From Anaeramoeba ignava BMAN (taxonomy: Eukaryota > Protista > Anaeramoebae), in assembly GCA_028826165.1 (NCBI GenBank), contig JAPDFW010000066.1, positions 310,001 through 374,000 on the forward strand: a stretch of 64,000 bases of DNA. The letters run 5' to 3'. A program made the translations under genes and the position numbers. A model generated the notes under the pieces. The model was not told the DNA's origin, searched no databases, and saw nothing but the letters and a program-made list of their open reading frames with translations. This document shows, in pieces, positions 13,136-31,298 of this stretch (the stretch's first letter is position 1; the number at the start of each line of letters is the position of its first letter).

Positions 13136-13334
13136 TTAAAAACCAAAAAAAATAAAAATTAAAGAAGGAAAAAGTTATTTTATTACTAGTTTTTAAATGT
13201 TAGTGTTTAATTGTTAGTTTTTAGTTTTTAGTTTTTAGTTTTTAATTGTTAGTGTTTTAGTGTTTAGTTTTTAATTTTTAGTTTTTAATGTTTAATTGTT
13301 AGTTTTTAATTGTTAAAGTTTTCATTTAATTTGA

Positions 13335-16300
13335 TCATTTCGCAAAACGTTTATCATTAATTAAATTTTCAAGAAAATCCAAAACAAAAGGATGAATAAA
13401 AAGCCTTGTATTATGATGAATAAGAATATCCTTAATATCATCAAAATGGTTTGAAATATGCTGACGAATAATATGAACGGAGTTTGCAATTTCTGATTCT
13501 TGAACAGGATAATTTTGGAAAGTCCAAATATTCTTTTTTTCCTCAGGAATTTCGACAAATTGCTTATATAGCTTTACAACACGAACGGAACTTTGAGAAA
13601 TAAAGTTGTTGAGACTCGATTGCGCGCCTGACATTGGTTCTGCTTGATTTGCAATGTTCTGGATGATTTTAGAGACAAGGACCAAGTTACGGCGATTAAT
13701 TGGACTTATTTGATTTTTATCAACAATTCCAAAAGCCTCTGGTGTAGCAATTGCTGGGACAAAGAACCTCAAGAAGATGAAGCTGTTGATTGCTGTTGAT
13801 GATGATGATGAGAATACTCTGCGAACCGACATATGTATTGACCTGCAGATCGTGAAAAATGGTACCGGCATTTCTCTTACTGAAATCATTATTTTTCCAA
13901 TTACTTCATTTGCTATAAGCATTAGTGCGTTTTTGTTACGTTCTGCTTGCTCTTCTCCTACTCGTTTGGGATCTAGATCTAAATACTTCTTGATTCGTGA
14001 TACCATGTTGATTATTGAACTTATTGTCGAGATTAGAAAATCTGCTCCAATTAAATGTGAATATATTCCAATCACTTTTGCTGGTAGTGAACTTGATCGG
14101 AACAGTGATTTATCTGAATCTGTTAGTTTTTGTTAAGTTGGAGTAAGATAATTTGGGAGTTGATTTAAATTTGAGAAAATGTTTAATTGTGATTTAAATT
14201 AAAAAATTAAATTAAAAAATTCAATTTAAATTAAAAAATTCAATTATAAAATTCAATTATAAAATTCAATTATAAAATCAAATTATAAAATTCAATTATA
14301 AAATTAAATTAAAAAATCAAATTAAAAAATTCAATTATAAAATCAAATTAAAAAATTCAATTATAAAATTAAATTAAAAAAATTAAATTAAAAATTAAAT
14401 TAAAAATTCAATTATAAAATCAAATTTTTTGATTCAAATTTCCTTTTATTTTTGTTGAAACTTCAAGAAATATCATCCATCTTAAAAATGGTATTATCCG
14501 ATCTCTTGAATGAAAAATATATACTAATGCTTTTCCAAGTGAACTTGCTGATTCAAATTTCCCTTTAAAATTTCTTGTTGAAAAAATTTAAAAATTGCAG
14601 AAAAAATTAAAAGAAAAAATTAAAATTAAAAGAAAATTAATCAATAAAATTATCATCTTCAATTAAAAGAAATCAAAATTAAAAATTAAAATTAAAGTTG
14701 ATTCTAATTAAAATTAAAATTTAAATTTAAATTAAAATCAAAATTAAAATTGAAATTAAAATTAAAATTAAAATTAAAATTAAAATTAAAATTAAAATTA
14801 AAATTAAAATTAAAATTAAAATTAAAATTAAAATTAAAATCAAAATTTACAATTAATGATATTTTGCGTTGATAAATATCTGAAATCCATAAATTTAAAT
14901 TTTCTTCATTCTTTGTTTTAATTATAAAAGTATGACCATCTTTTTCATTAACAACAATAAAAGTATTTTCTTCATCAAAAAAAGCAATATCAGAAGAACC
15001 AAGTTTGATTTGTGATTGTGATTGTGGTTGTGCTTGGGAATGTTCATCTTTTTGATTTGCTTTTGAATTTAAGTTTAAGTTTAAATTCACATTAGAATTT
15101 CCAGTTGTATTTGTAATAGAATTTTGAGAATCTGAATCTTTTTCATTTTCAACTTTAGGTTTTGATTTATAAATTGTTAAATATCTTAAAGAATAAGAAG
15201 CAAGTTTAAATTTCTTTTCTTTATCTTTGTAAAATTTCAATCTTTTTTGTGATAAACCAACAAATAAAGAAATCCATTGATTGAATGGATTTGAATTTGG
15301 ATTTGAAAATTCTCTTGAATGCCTTAAATATCGAATATGCGATGTTACTTCTAATTCTTCTATTCTTTCAATTATATTTTTACTTTCTTCATTTTCAAAT
15401 TCTTGATGAATGATATCAGAGGATCTATTTATTCTTAGCTTAATTAAAGGTATTAACTGTTTGCAAAAAATTGGCATAAATCTTATTGATATTTGTGATG
15501 AATCTTCGTTTCCGTTTTGGAAACAGTTTTGCCAGTATTGTATTAATGATTTCCAAATCCCAATTATTTCGGGTTTCATCTTTGAATTTTCAATATTGCT
15601 AAAATTGCATTTGTCATTTATCATTAATTCATCAAAGAAAAATTGTAATGGTAATAATTCTTCTATAAAAAGGAAACAGAAAAAATCAATTTTAATTGAA
15701 TTAATTTAAATTGAATTGAATTAATTTAAATCTTTTATTTTGAATTGAATTAATTTAAATTGAATTAATTTAAATTGAATTGATTTAAATTGAATTGAAT
15801 TAATTTGAATTGAATTAATTTTAATTTGAATTGAATTAGTTTGAATTGAATTAATTTAAATCGAATTAATTTAAATCTTTTATTTTAAATTGAATTAGTT
15901 TGAATTGAATTAATTTAAATCTTTTATTTTAAATTGAATTAATTTTAATTGAATTAATTTAAATCTTTTATTTTGAATTGAATTGATTTAAATTGAATTG
16001 ATTTGAATTGAATTGAATTGATTGAATTGAATTATTTTGAATTGAATTATTTTGAATTGAATTAATTTTAATTTGAATTAATTTAAATCTTTTATTTTAA
16101 TTGAATTAATTTAAATCTTTTATTTTAAATTTGAATTAATTTAAATTGATTTAAATTGAATTGAATTAATTCAAATCTTTTATTTTGAATTGAATTAATT
16201 TAAATTGAATTAATTTAAATTGATTTAAATTGAATTGAATTGATTGAATTGAATTAATTTAAATTGAATTGATTTGAATTGAATTAATTTGAATTGAATT

Positions 16301-17201
16301 AATTTTAATTGTTAATTTAAATCTTTTAATTTTAATTGTTAATTTAAATTGAATTAATTTAAATTGAATTATTTTAAATTGAATTAATTTGAATTGAATT
16401 AATTTTAATTGAATTAATTTAAATCTTTTATTTTGAATTGAATTAATTTTAATTGAATTAATTTGAATTGAATTAATTTAAATTGAATTAATTTAAATTT
16501 GAATTAATTTTAATTTGAATTCTTTAATTACCTTCCATAGAAACTGCTTGTAAAAGTTCAAAAAGAATATTCTCACAAAAATGAAAATCAAAATTTTGTA
16601 AATAAGGTTTTGTTAAAGAATTTCTATAAAAAAAAAAGAAACAAAATTAAATTTAGGTTAAAAAAATATTTCGAATAAAAAAACTCACAAAATACCTTAT
16701 TAATTTATATAAACTTCGCTTTGGAAATCGTTTAAATGCTGGTTCATTAGAAAGAATATGTAATTTTCTTGAGGAAAGAAAAGAACAAATTTTAGAAATA
16801 ACAATTGACTTTTGTTTCAAATTTAAATGTCGTAAAAAAATGTTTTTTTCTGCATTTGAAATTTTCAATTCTTGAATTAAAAATGCAAATGTATGCGGTG
16901 TTTCAATAAAAACTGGTGAAATATAATTAGTTAAATCAATTCCGGCAAGAAAACTCCAAAAAGATTGAAATTTTTTTTGTTCATTTTTTTCTTCTTCTTT
17001 TTTTTCATTTTCATTTTCATTTTCATTTTCATTTTCATTTTGATTGTTTTTTTTGTGTTTTTCTTTTGTTATTGTTTGAATATATTCAATAAATTTGCAA
17101 AATTCACTCCTTTCTTTTTGTAAATAACTTTCTGAGATTTTTATTATTGAATCTTTTGTATTTTGAACTTGTTTTTTTGGACTTATCTTGTCTTTATTCA
17201 T
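13335..17201 (-). CDS. PH domain + RasGAP protein (exons ~17201-16696, 16623-16532, 15662-14851, garbled exon ~14700-14455, 14119-13335)
   Basis: Arginine finger SLFRSSS, FIFLRFFVPAIATP and RNLVLVSKIIQNIAN are RasGAP signatures. PH-like LKFYKD...EENLNLWISDI lies upstream. Confidence 0.9.
15690..16520. repeat. Intronic (TTGAA/TTAAT)-based minisatellite
   Basis: Fills the RasGAP intron 15663-16531. Confidence 0.85.
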
Positions 17202-17555
17202 AATTAATTAAACAATTATTTTTTTTTTAATTTTTTTTTTAATTTTTTTTTTAATTTTTTTTTTTAATTTGAATTTAATGTGTTGTAATTCAATTAATTT
17301 TAATTTAAATTTGAATTAAATTTAAAAAAAAAAAAAAAGAATGATCTAAAAAAGAAATGAAAGAAAAAAATGAAAAATAAAAAATTAAAAATAAAAAAAT
17401 TAATTTAATTTTGAAATTAATTTCTTTTCTTTCTAAAAGATCTTTAACTTATTTTTATCCCTTTTTATTTTTTGATTCTTTAAAAAAAGAGAAAAAAAAA
17501 ACAAAAAAAAACAAGTTCGAAAAATCATTTAAAAAATAACTTAATAAATTTAATC

Positions 17556-20556
<3,001 letters not shown>

Positions 20557-20660
20557 TTTTTTAAATTTAAAAATGAAATGAAAAAATGAATTTAGTTTTA
20601 AGGAAAATTTTATCTTTTTTAAATTCGATCCAAATCAAAAGAAATTGACAAATAAAGAAA

Positions 20661-23348
20661 TTAATCTTTATTTTCTGATTTTTCAATTAAATTCTCTTTT
20701 TGATTTAAATCCTTATTATCTTCTTTATTATTATTATTATTGGTATCTTCTTTATTATTTTGTTCTAAATCATTTGATTCATTTTCATCTTTATTTTCAA
20801 TTAAATTATTATCATTATATAGATCATCATTTGAATCATCACTTAAATTTTCTTCCTTTAAAATCTGGTGTTTTTGTTGATTATTTGATTTGTTTTGTTC
20901 GTTTCCATAAAAGAAAAATGGTAATTTTATCACTTTGTTGTAAACAAATGTTCCAAATATTGTTACAATAAATCCAACTAATTCAAGCCAACTCCAACTT
21001 GTCCATTTTTCTCCTAATTCTGAATCTGGAGATGAATAATAAACTATAAGTAAAGTTATCCAAATTAAAAATGGTCTAATTCCTTCTAAAATATTTCTAT
21101 TTTTGATTTTTAATTTTGATTTAAAAAAAAAGTGGAATAAAAAAGGGGAAATTCCACTTTTTATTTGTTTATTATTTTTACCTAAATAAAGCAGATGAAA
21201 ATGATGTAATATACATTCCTAAAATATTATATCCAAAAATTACAGCAATATAAGTAAGTGTAAAAGCAATTAAAACACCAGAATGATAAAGCATAACAAA
21301 AGTATCTAAACTATCCTCATGAACACCATTTCCATCTTTTCCTGGTAAGAAATATGCAATAATCATAAACACAATACAGAATAAAAATCCCCCTTAAATT
21401 TTAATAATTTTAAAAAATATTTTATTTTGAATATTTATGATATTTATGATATTTAAGATATTTAAGATATTTAAGATATTTAATATATTTAATATATTTA
21501 AGATATTTAAGATATTTAAGATATTTAAGATATTTAAGATATTTAAGATATTTAAGATATTTAATATATTTAATATATTTAAGATATTTAATAATGAAAA
21601 CTTACACATTCCTTCAAATCCTATTTATTTGTGATTAAATATAAAAAAAAGAATAAGATTAATAATAATAAAAAAAATGAATTAATTAATTAATTAATAT
21701 CTTTTTTTTTCATTTCAAAAATATTATTTTAAATAATAAAAATAATTTACCAACAATAGTCCATTCAGTTGCATTAACATCATGTAATAATTGTTCTTCA
21801 AGGATTGTTTGGAAAGCCTATTAATAAAATAAAATAATAAATTGAGGAAAATTTGAGAATTATTTTTTTTTTGAAATTCCAAAAATGAAAATGAAAAATT
21901 TGGAAAATAAATTATATTTATTAAGTAAATATACCCAAACAAATTGAGAAATAACAACTAAAACAATTCCAATAGCTCTTAAAGTAACTGAAGAAGATCC
22001 ATTTGATGTATCTTCTGGTGCTTTTAATGTTGCAACTCCAACAAGAACTAATCCAATTACTACAATTATTACTCCAAACCATTCATATTTTGGAAGTTTA
22101 TGTTTTCTATATACAACTGCAAGAAATGCTGTAAAAATAATAACTGTATTTCGAAACATCTTTTTTATTTTAATTTAAATTTGAATTTATAATAAAAAAA
22201 AGAGGAATATTTATTTAATAATTTTATTCCATTTTTTTTAATTTTAATTTTATAATTTAAATTTTTATTTACTTGCCAAACAGATCCAGAAAGCCTTTAT
22301 TTGTTTATTTATTTGTTTATTTATTTGTTTATTTATTTATTTGTTTATTTGTTTATTCATTTATTTGTTTATTTGTTTATTCAGTTATTTTTTGAATTTT
22401 TTAAATTTAAAATTATTTTTTAATTACCAAAGTAATCCAACTCCTGATACAAAAGTAGCCTAAAAAATCAATTTTAAATTTAAAAAAGAAAAAAGTGGAA
22501 TGAAATTATTCAAAATTTTTTAAACAATTTACAATTAAATCACAAGTTGCAGGAGCCATTACTAATATAGAAATTCTTTTTAAAGGTGTTGGTGGTTTAG
22601 ATTCAACAATTTCTTTCTCATCTGAAGTTAATATTGGCTCTGATTCTTTTGTTTTTGGTTTTCTTATTCCAAATAAACAAAAACTCATTCCAACAAACAT
22701 TCTAAAAAATAAATTTAGGGAAAATCAAAATAATTATTTAAAAAAGAAGGAAGAATTAAGGATTCTTTTTTTTATCAATTTCAAAAAAATTTAATTATTA
22801 ATTAAATTATAAATAAAATTATAAATAAAAATATAAATAAAATTATAAATAAAATTATAAATAAAATTATAAATTAAATTATAAATTAAATTATAAATTA
22901 AATTATAATTAAAATTATTGATTAAATTATAAATTAAATCATAAATTAAATTATAAATTAAATTATAATTAAAATTATAAATTAAATTATAAATAAAATC
23001 ATAGATTAAATAATAAATTAAATTAAAAGTTTTGAGAAAATAAAAGATAGATTTAATATTTACGCCCAATCTAGTTTTTTTTGTTAAACAAAATAAAAGC
23101 AAATAATAAAAAGCAAAATTTTAATTAAAAAATAAGAATATAAAGTGAAATGAAAGAAAAAAAAAGATAAATAAATAAATAAACAAACCCTGAAGCCAAG
23201 GCTTTTCAAAATAATGTTTATCTCCATGAATTCCTTTTCCTTTAGTTTGGTACATAAGTTTACTTATAACAACAGAAACAACTCCTGCAATTAACATTCC
23301 AATAATAACTAACCATTTAAAAAGTGTAGTTGATTGTCTTTTACCCAT
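20661..23348 (-). CDS. SLC35F6-like transporter, copy B
   Basis: All exons and GT-AG sites found, including the 7-nt microexon 23064-23070. Near-identical to A and C. Confidence 0.85.
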
Positions 23349-23526
23349 TTTTTTAAATTTAAAAATGAAATGAAAAATGAATTTAGTTTTAAGGAAAATT
23401 TTATCTTTTTTAAATTCGATTTAAATCAAAAGAAATTGGCAAATAAAGAAATCAATCTTTATTTTCTGATTTTGATTTAAATCTTTATTTTCTTCTTCTT
23501 TATTATTTTGTTCTAAATCATTTGAT

Positions 23527-26123
23527 TCAATTATTATCTTCATTTTCTTCTTTATTTTTATTGTTATCTTCTAAATCATCACTTAAATTTTCTTCCTTTA
23601 AAATCTGGTGTTTTTGTTGATTATTTGATTTGATTTGTTCATTTCCATAAAATAAAAATGGTAATTTTATTGATTTGTTGTAAACAAATGTTCCAAATAT
23701 TGTTACAATAAATCCAACTAATTCAAGCCAACCCCAAGTTGTCCATTTTTCTCCTAATTCTGAATCTGGAGATGAATAATGAACTGTAAGTAAAGTTATC
23801 CAAATTAAAAATGGTCTAATTGCCTCTATAAGATTTCTATTTTTGATTTTAATTTTTGATTTTAATTTTGATTTAAAAAAAAAGTGGAATAAAAAAGAGG
23901 AAATTCCACTTTTTATTTGTTTATTATTATTATTATTATTTTTTTTACCTAAATAAAGCAGATGAAAATGATGTGATATACACTCCTGTAATATTATATA
24001 CAAAAACTACAGCAATATAAGTAAATGTAAAAGCAATTAAAACACCAGAATGATAAAGCATAACAAATGAATCCAATGTATTTTCATGAAGACCATTTCC
24101 ATCTTTTCCTGGTAAGAAATATGCAATAATCATAAACACAATACAGAATAAAAATCCCCCTTAAATTTTAATAATTTTAAAAAATATTTTATTTTGAATA
24201 TTTAAGATATTTAAGATATTTAAGATATTTAAGATATTTAGGATATTTAAGATATTTAAGATATTTAAGATATTTAAGATATTTAAGATATTTAAGATAT
24301 TTAATATATTTAAGATATATTTAATATATTTAAGATATTTAATATATTTAAGATATTTAATATATTTAAGTATTTAAGATATTTAATATATTTAAGATAT
24401 TTAATATATTTAAGATATTTAATATATTTTAAAATATTTTAAGATATTTAATATATTTAAGATATTTTAAAATATTTAATATATTTAATATATTTAAGAT
24501 ATTTAATATATTTAAGATATTTAATATATTTAAGATATTTATGATATTTAAGATATTTAATATATTTAATATATTTAAGATATTTAAGATATTTAAGATA
24601 TTTAAGATATTTAATATATTTAAGATATTTAATAATGAAAACTTACACATTCCTTCAAATCCTATTTATTTGTGATTAAATATAAAAAAAAGAATAAGAT
24701 TAATAATAATAATAATAATAAAAAAAAATGAATTAATTAATTAATATCTTTTTTTTTCATTTCAAAAATATTATTTTAAATAATAAAAATAATTTACCAA
24801 CAATAGTCCATTCAGTTGCATTAATATCATGTAATAATTGTTCTTCAAAAATTGTTTGGAAAGCCTATTAATAAAATAAAATAATAAATTGAGGAAAATT
24901 TGAGAAGTATTTTTTTTTTGAAATTCCAAAAATGAAAATGAAAAATTTGGAAAATAAATTATATTTATTAAGTAAATATACCCAAACTAATTGTCCAATA
25001 GTAACTAAAAGAATCCCAATAGCTCTTAAAGTAACTGAAGAAGATCCATTTGATGTATCTTCTGGTGCTTTTAATGTTGCAACTCCAACAATAACTAATC
25101 CAATTACTACAATTATTACTCCAAACCATTCATATTTTGGAAGTTTATGTTTTCTATATACAACTGCAAGAAATGCTGTAAAAATAATAACTGTATTTCG
25201 AAACATCTTATTTATTTTAATTTAAATTTGAATTTATAATAAAAAAAAAGAGGAATATTTATTTAATAATTTTATTCCATTTTTTTTTAATTTTAATTTT
25301 ATAATTTAAATTTTTATTTACTTGCCAAACAGATCCAGAAAGCCTTTATTTTATTTATTTATTTATTTATTTGTTTATTTGTTTATTTGTTTATTTATTT
25401 ATTTATTTATTTGTTTATTTGTTTATTTGTTTATTTATTTTGAATTTTTTAAATTTAAAATTATTTTTTAATTACCAAATTAAAGCAGCATTTGATAAAA
25501 AACTTGCCTAAAAAATCAATTTTAAATTTAAAAAAGAAAAAAGTGGAATGAAATTATTCAAAATTTTTTAAACAATTTACAATTAAATCACAAGTTGCAG
25601 GAGCCATTACTAATATAGAAATTCTTTTTAAAGGTGTTGGTGGTTTAGATTCAACAATTTCTTTCTCATCTGAAGCTAATATTGGTTTCGATTCTTGTGT
25701 TTTTGGTTTTCTTATTCCAAATAAACAAAAACTCATTCCAAAAAACATTCTAAAAAATAAATTTAATTTTAAGTTTTAAATCAATTTATAAATAATCTTA
25801 AATCATAAAATAAATTAAATTATGAGGAAATAAAAGGAAAATTTAGTATTTACGTCCAATCTAAATTTTAATAAAAAAAAAGGAAAAAAAAGCAAAAATT
25901 TAATTAAAAAAAGAAGAATATAAATTGGATTGAAAGAAAAAAAATTTTTTTAAACAAGTAAACCTTGAAACCAAGGCTTTTCAAAATAATGTTTATCTCC
26001 ATGAATTCCTTTTGATTTAGTTTGATACATTAATTTACTCATAACAACAGAAACAACACTAGCAATAGACATTCCAATAATAATTAACCATTTAAAAAGT
26101 TTAGTTGATTCTCTTTTGCCCAT
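23527..26123 (-). CDS. SLC35F6-like transporter, copy C
   Basis: Same exon structure; microexon 25854-25860; shorter acidic tail. Confidence 0.85.
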
Positions 26124-26367
26124 TTTTTTTAAATTTAAAAAAAAAAATGATAATGAAAACAAAATTTTTTTTAGAGTAAAAAGTTTGTTCCAAAAAAAAA
26201 AAAACTTTTTTTAATTTTGCTTTTTTTTTGTTTTTTTTTGTTTTTTATTTTGAATGATTTTTGATTTAGTTTTTGATTCTATTTCTTTTAAAAAAGTTAA
26301 AAGAAAAAAGTAAGAAAGAAAAAAGAATTTAAAAAAAGAAGAATTTAAAGAAAAAAGAAAGAAGAAA

Positions 26368-29300
26368 TTAATCTTTTTTTTCTGAATTAGAACTTGTTTC
26401 TTGATCATCAATTTGGAAAACATCATCATTTAAATCATCTTTTTCATCTTTTTCATCATTTCCATCATTAATTGGTTTATCTAATGGATTTCCATAAAAG
26501 AAACATGGCAACTTTATTACCCGATTGTAAATAAATGCTCCAAATAATGTTACAAGAAATCCACCTAATTCAAGCCAACTCCATTTTGTCCATTTTTCTC
26601 CTAATCCGGAATCTGGTGCTGAATAATGAATCACAACTAAAGACATCCAGATTAAAAATGGTCGGATTCCTTCCAAAATATTTCTATTTTAATATAAATT
26701 TTAATTTTAATTTTAAAATGAATTTTAATTTTAATTTTAATTTTAATTTTAATTATAATTTTAATTTTATAATTTTAATTTTATAAATGAATTTTAATTT
26801 TAATTTTAATTTTAATTTTATAAATGAATTTTGATTGTAATTTTAATTTTAATTTTAATATAAATTTAATTTTAATTTTAATTTTAATTTTAATTTTAAT
26901 TTTAATTTTAATTTTAATTTTAATTTTAATTTTAATTTTAATTTTAATTTTAATTTTAATTTTAATTTTAATTTTAATTTTAATTTTATAAATGAATTTT
27001 AATTTTATAAATGAATTTTAATTTTATAAATGAATTTTAATTTTAATTTTATAAATGAATTTTAATTTAAATTTTAATTTTAATTTTAATATAAATTTTA
27101 ATTATAATTTTAATTTTAATTATAATTATAATTTTATAAATGAATTTTAATTTTAATTTTATAAATGAATTTTAATTTTAATTTTAATTTTAATTTTATA
27201 AATGAATTTTGATTGTAATTAGCAACCTAAGTAAAGCAGATGAAAAGGCTGTAATAATCATTCCTAAAATATTATATCCAAGAATAACAACAACATAAGT
27301 AAGTGTAAAAGCAATTAAAACACCAGAATGTCCAAGCATAACAAATGAATCAATAGTATTTTCATGAACACCATCTCCATCATCTCCTGGTAAGAAATAT
27401 GCAATAATCATAAACACAATACAGAATAAAAATCCCCCTTAAATTTTAATAATTTTAAAAAATATTTTATTTCCATTTATTCAAATTATTTTAATTACTT
27501 TAATAAACTAAAAAAAACTTACATAATCCTTCAAATCCTTTTTCATTTTTTGAAATAAATTGTTTTGAAATAAATTGTTTTGAAATAAATTGTTTTGAAA
27601 TAAATTAGTTTTGAAATAAATTAGTTTTGAAATAAATTGTTTGAAATAAATTAGTTTTGAAATAAATTAGTTTGAAATAAATTGTTTTGAAATAAATTAG
27701 TTTTGAAATAAATTAGTTTGAAATAAATTAGTTTGAAATAAATTAGTTTGAAATAAATTAGTTTGAAATAAATTAGTTTGAAATAAATTAGTTTGAAATA
27801 AATTGTTTGAAATAAATTGTTTTGAAATAAATAAAGTTTGAAATAAATTGTTTTGAAATAAATTAGTTTGAAATAAATTGTTTTGAATTAAATTGTTTTG
27901 AAATAAAATGTTTTGAAATAAATTGTTTTGAAATAAATTAGTTTGAAATAAATTGTTTTGAATTAAATTGTTTTGAAATAAATTAGTTTTGAAATAAATT
28001 AGTTTTGAAATAAATTAGTTTGAAATAAATTGTTTTGAATTAAATAAAGTTTGAAATAAATTAGTTTGAAATAAATTAGTTTGAAATAAATTGTTTTGAA
28101 ATAAATTAGTTTGAAATAAATTAGTTTTGAAATAAATTAGTTTTAAAATAAATTAGTTTGAAATAAAATGTTTTGAAATAAATTAGTTTTGAAATAAATT
28201 AGTTTGAAATAAATTAGTTTTGAAATAAATTAGTTTTGAAATAAATTGTTTTGAAATAAATTAGTTTGAAATAAATTAGTTTTGAATTAAATAAAGTTTG
28301 AAATAAATTAGTTTGAAATAAATTGTTTTGAATTAAATAAAGTTTGAAATAAATTAGTTTTGAAATAAATTAGTTTTGAAATAAATTAGTTTTGAAATAA
28401 ATTAGTTTTGAAATAAATTAGTTTTGAAATAAATTGTTTTGAATTAAATTTTTTTCAAATTTAAAATTTATAAAAAAGATAATTTACCAACAATAGCCCA
28501 TTCAGACGCATCAACATCATGTAATAATTGTTCTTCCCAAATTGTTTGAAGAGCCTATTAATGAAATAAAATGATAAATTGAGGAAATTTTTTTTAAATC
28601 AAAAAAAATGAATAAAAAATAAAAAGTGAATTTTTTTCTTAAATAAAAATTACTTGAATAAATTGAGAAACAATAACTAAAAGAATTCCAATACCTCTCA
28701 AAGTAACTGAAGAAGATCCATTTGAAGATTCTTCAGGTGATTTTAATAAAGCAATACCAACAATAATTAATCCAATTACTACAACAACAACAGCAAATAT
28801 ATCAACTTTTGGAAGTTTATGTTTTCTATATACAACTGCAAGAAGTGCTGTAAATAGAATAATTGTGCTTCGGAACATCTTTTAATTTTAATTTTAATTT
28901 CAATTTGAAATTGAATTTGAAATTAAAATTGAAATTGAATTTGAATTTGAATTTGAAATTGATTTTGAAATTGAAATTAAAATTGAAATTGAAATTGAAT
29001 TTGAATTTGAAATTGATTTTGAAATTGAAATTAAAATTGAATTTGAAATTGAAATTGAAATTGAAATTGAATTTGAATTTGAATTTGAATTTGAAATTAA
29101 TTTGAATTTGATTTTGAATTTGAAATTGAAATTGAAATTGAAATAGAATTTGAAATAGAATTTGAAATTGAAATTGAAATTGAAATTTGAAATTGAAATT
29201 AAAATTGAAATTAAAATTGAAATTTAATTTGAAATTGAAATTGAATTTGAATTTGAAATTGAAATAGAATTTGAATTTAAAATTGAAATTTAATTTGAAA

Positions 29301-31037
29301 TTGAAATTAAAATTTAATTTGAAATTGAAATAGAATTTGAAATAGAAATTGAATTTGAATTTGAATTTGAATTTGAAATTGAAATTGAATTTGATTTTGA
29401 AATAGAATTTGATTTTGAAATAGAATTTGAAATTGAATTTGAAATTGAAATTGAAATTGAAATAGAATTTGAAATTGATTTTGAAATTGAAATTGAAATT
29501 AAAATTTAATTTGAATTTGAAATTGATTTTGAATTTGAAATTGAAATTGAAATTGATTTTGAAATTGAAATTGAATTTGAAATTGATTTTGAAATTGAAA
29601 TTGATAATTACTTGCCAAACGGAACCAGGAAGCCTTAATTAATAGTTTCAATAAATAAATAATAATAAAATGTGAAAAAATAAATTTTAAAATAAGAATA
29701 AAAGAAAAAATTAAAAATACCAAAGCAATCCAACATTCATTAAGAAAGTTGCCTAAAAATTAAAATTAATTGAATTGAGTTAAAATTAAAATTGATTTTG
29801 AAATTGAAATTGATTTTGAAATTGATTTAGAAATTGAAATTGAATTTGAAATTGATTTTGAAATTGATTTTGAAATTGAAATTGAAATTGAAATTGAAAT
29901 TGAAATTGAAATTGATTTTGAAATTGAAATTGATTTTGAAATTGGAATTGAAATTGAAATTAAAATAAATTTACAATTAAATCACAACTTGCAGGTGCCA
30001 TTACTAATATAGAAAGCCTTTTTAATGGTGTTGGTTGTTTAAATTCATTAATAGTTCCATCATCTGTTGTTAAAAATGGTTCTGATTCTTTTGTTTTTGG
30101 TTTTCTTATTCCAAATAAACAAAGCATCATTCCAATAAACATTCTATTAAAAAATTCATTAAATCAATAAATTATTTTATTTTTATATTTGAAAAAAAAA
30201 ATGAAGAGTTGAAGAAAATTGTTTCTCTTTTACGTCCAATCTATTTTGTTTTGAATTATTTAAATCAAGAAATTTTATAAATGAATTTTGATTTTAATTT
30301 TATAAATTTAATTTATAATTTTAATTTTATAAATGAATTTTAATATTAATTTTAATTTTATAAATGAATTTTAATTTTAAAAATGGAATTTTTTGTTTTA
30401 TTTTTTTTAATTTTAAATAAATGAATTTAAAATTTTTAAAAATGAATTTTAATTTTAATTTTATATTTGAAAAATGAATTTTATTTTTAATTTTAATTTT
30501 AATTTTAATTTTAATTTAAATCAAGAAATTTTAATTTTAATTTTAATTTTAATTTTAATTTTATAAATGAATTTTAATTTTAATTTTAATTTTAATTTTA
30601 ATTTTAATTTTAATTTTAATTTTATAAATGAATTTTAATTTTAATTTTAATTTTAATTTTAATTTTGATTTTAATTTTATAAATGAATTTTAATTTTATA
30701 AATGAATTTTAATTTTATAAATTGAATTTTAATTTTATAAATGAATTTTAATATTAATTTTAATTTTAATTTTATAAATGAATTTTAATTTTATAAATGA
30801 ATATTAATTTTAATTTTAATTTTAATTTTATAAATGAATTTTAATTTTATAAATGAATTTTTAAATTGAATACAAACCTTGATACCAAGGTTTTGTAAAA
30901 TAATGCCGATCTCCATGAATTCCTTTTGATTTGGTTTGGTACATTAATTTACCAACAACAACTGCTGCTGCTCCTGAAACTAACATTCCAATAATAACTA
31001 ACCATTTAAAAAGATTGGTTGATTGTCTTTTCCCCAT
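26368..31037 (-). CDS. SLC35F6-like transporter, copy D (most divergent, longest introns)
   Basis: Same intron positions; microexon 30234-30240; ATG at 31037 (MGKRQSTNLFKW). Confidence 0.85.
27550..28445. repeat. Intronic (TTTGAAATAAATTAG/TTG)n ~15-16-mer
   Basis: Copy-D-specific array. Copy D introns also carry hexamer arrays at ~26690-27200, 28880-29600, 29780-29960 and 30280-30865. Confidence 0.9.
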
Positions 31038-31298
31038 TTTTATTGAATAAAATTGAAATAAGAAAAGAAATAAAAAAATGAAAAAATGAAAAAATGAAAA
31101 AAAAAATTTTTTTGAATTTAAAAAAAAATAAAAAGAATTTTTCTTTTTGTTTATTTTTTGTTAAATTGTTTTCCGTTTTATTAAAAGGAAAAAAAGAAAA
31201 AAAGAAAATTGAATTGAGGAAAAAAAAATTCCAAAAGAAAAGAAGAGAAGAAAAGAAAAGAAAAAATTAATTGGAAATTCTTTTAAGAAGAGAAAAAA

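Noticed and set aside
13190-13320. (TTTTAG)-like repeats as interstitial telomere
   Set aside because: No G-runs; a degenerate 3'-flank simple repeat.
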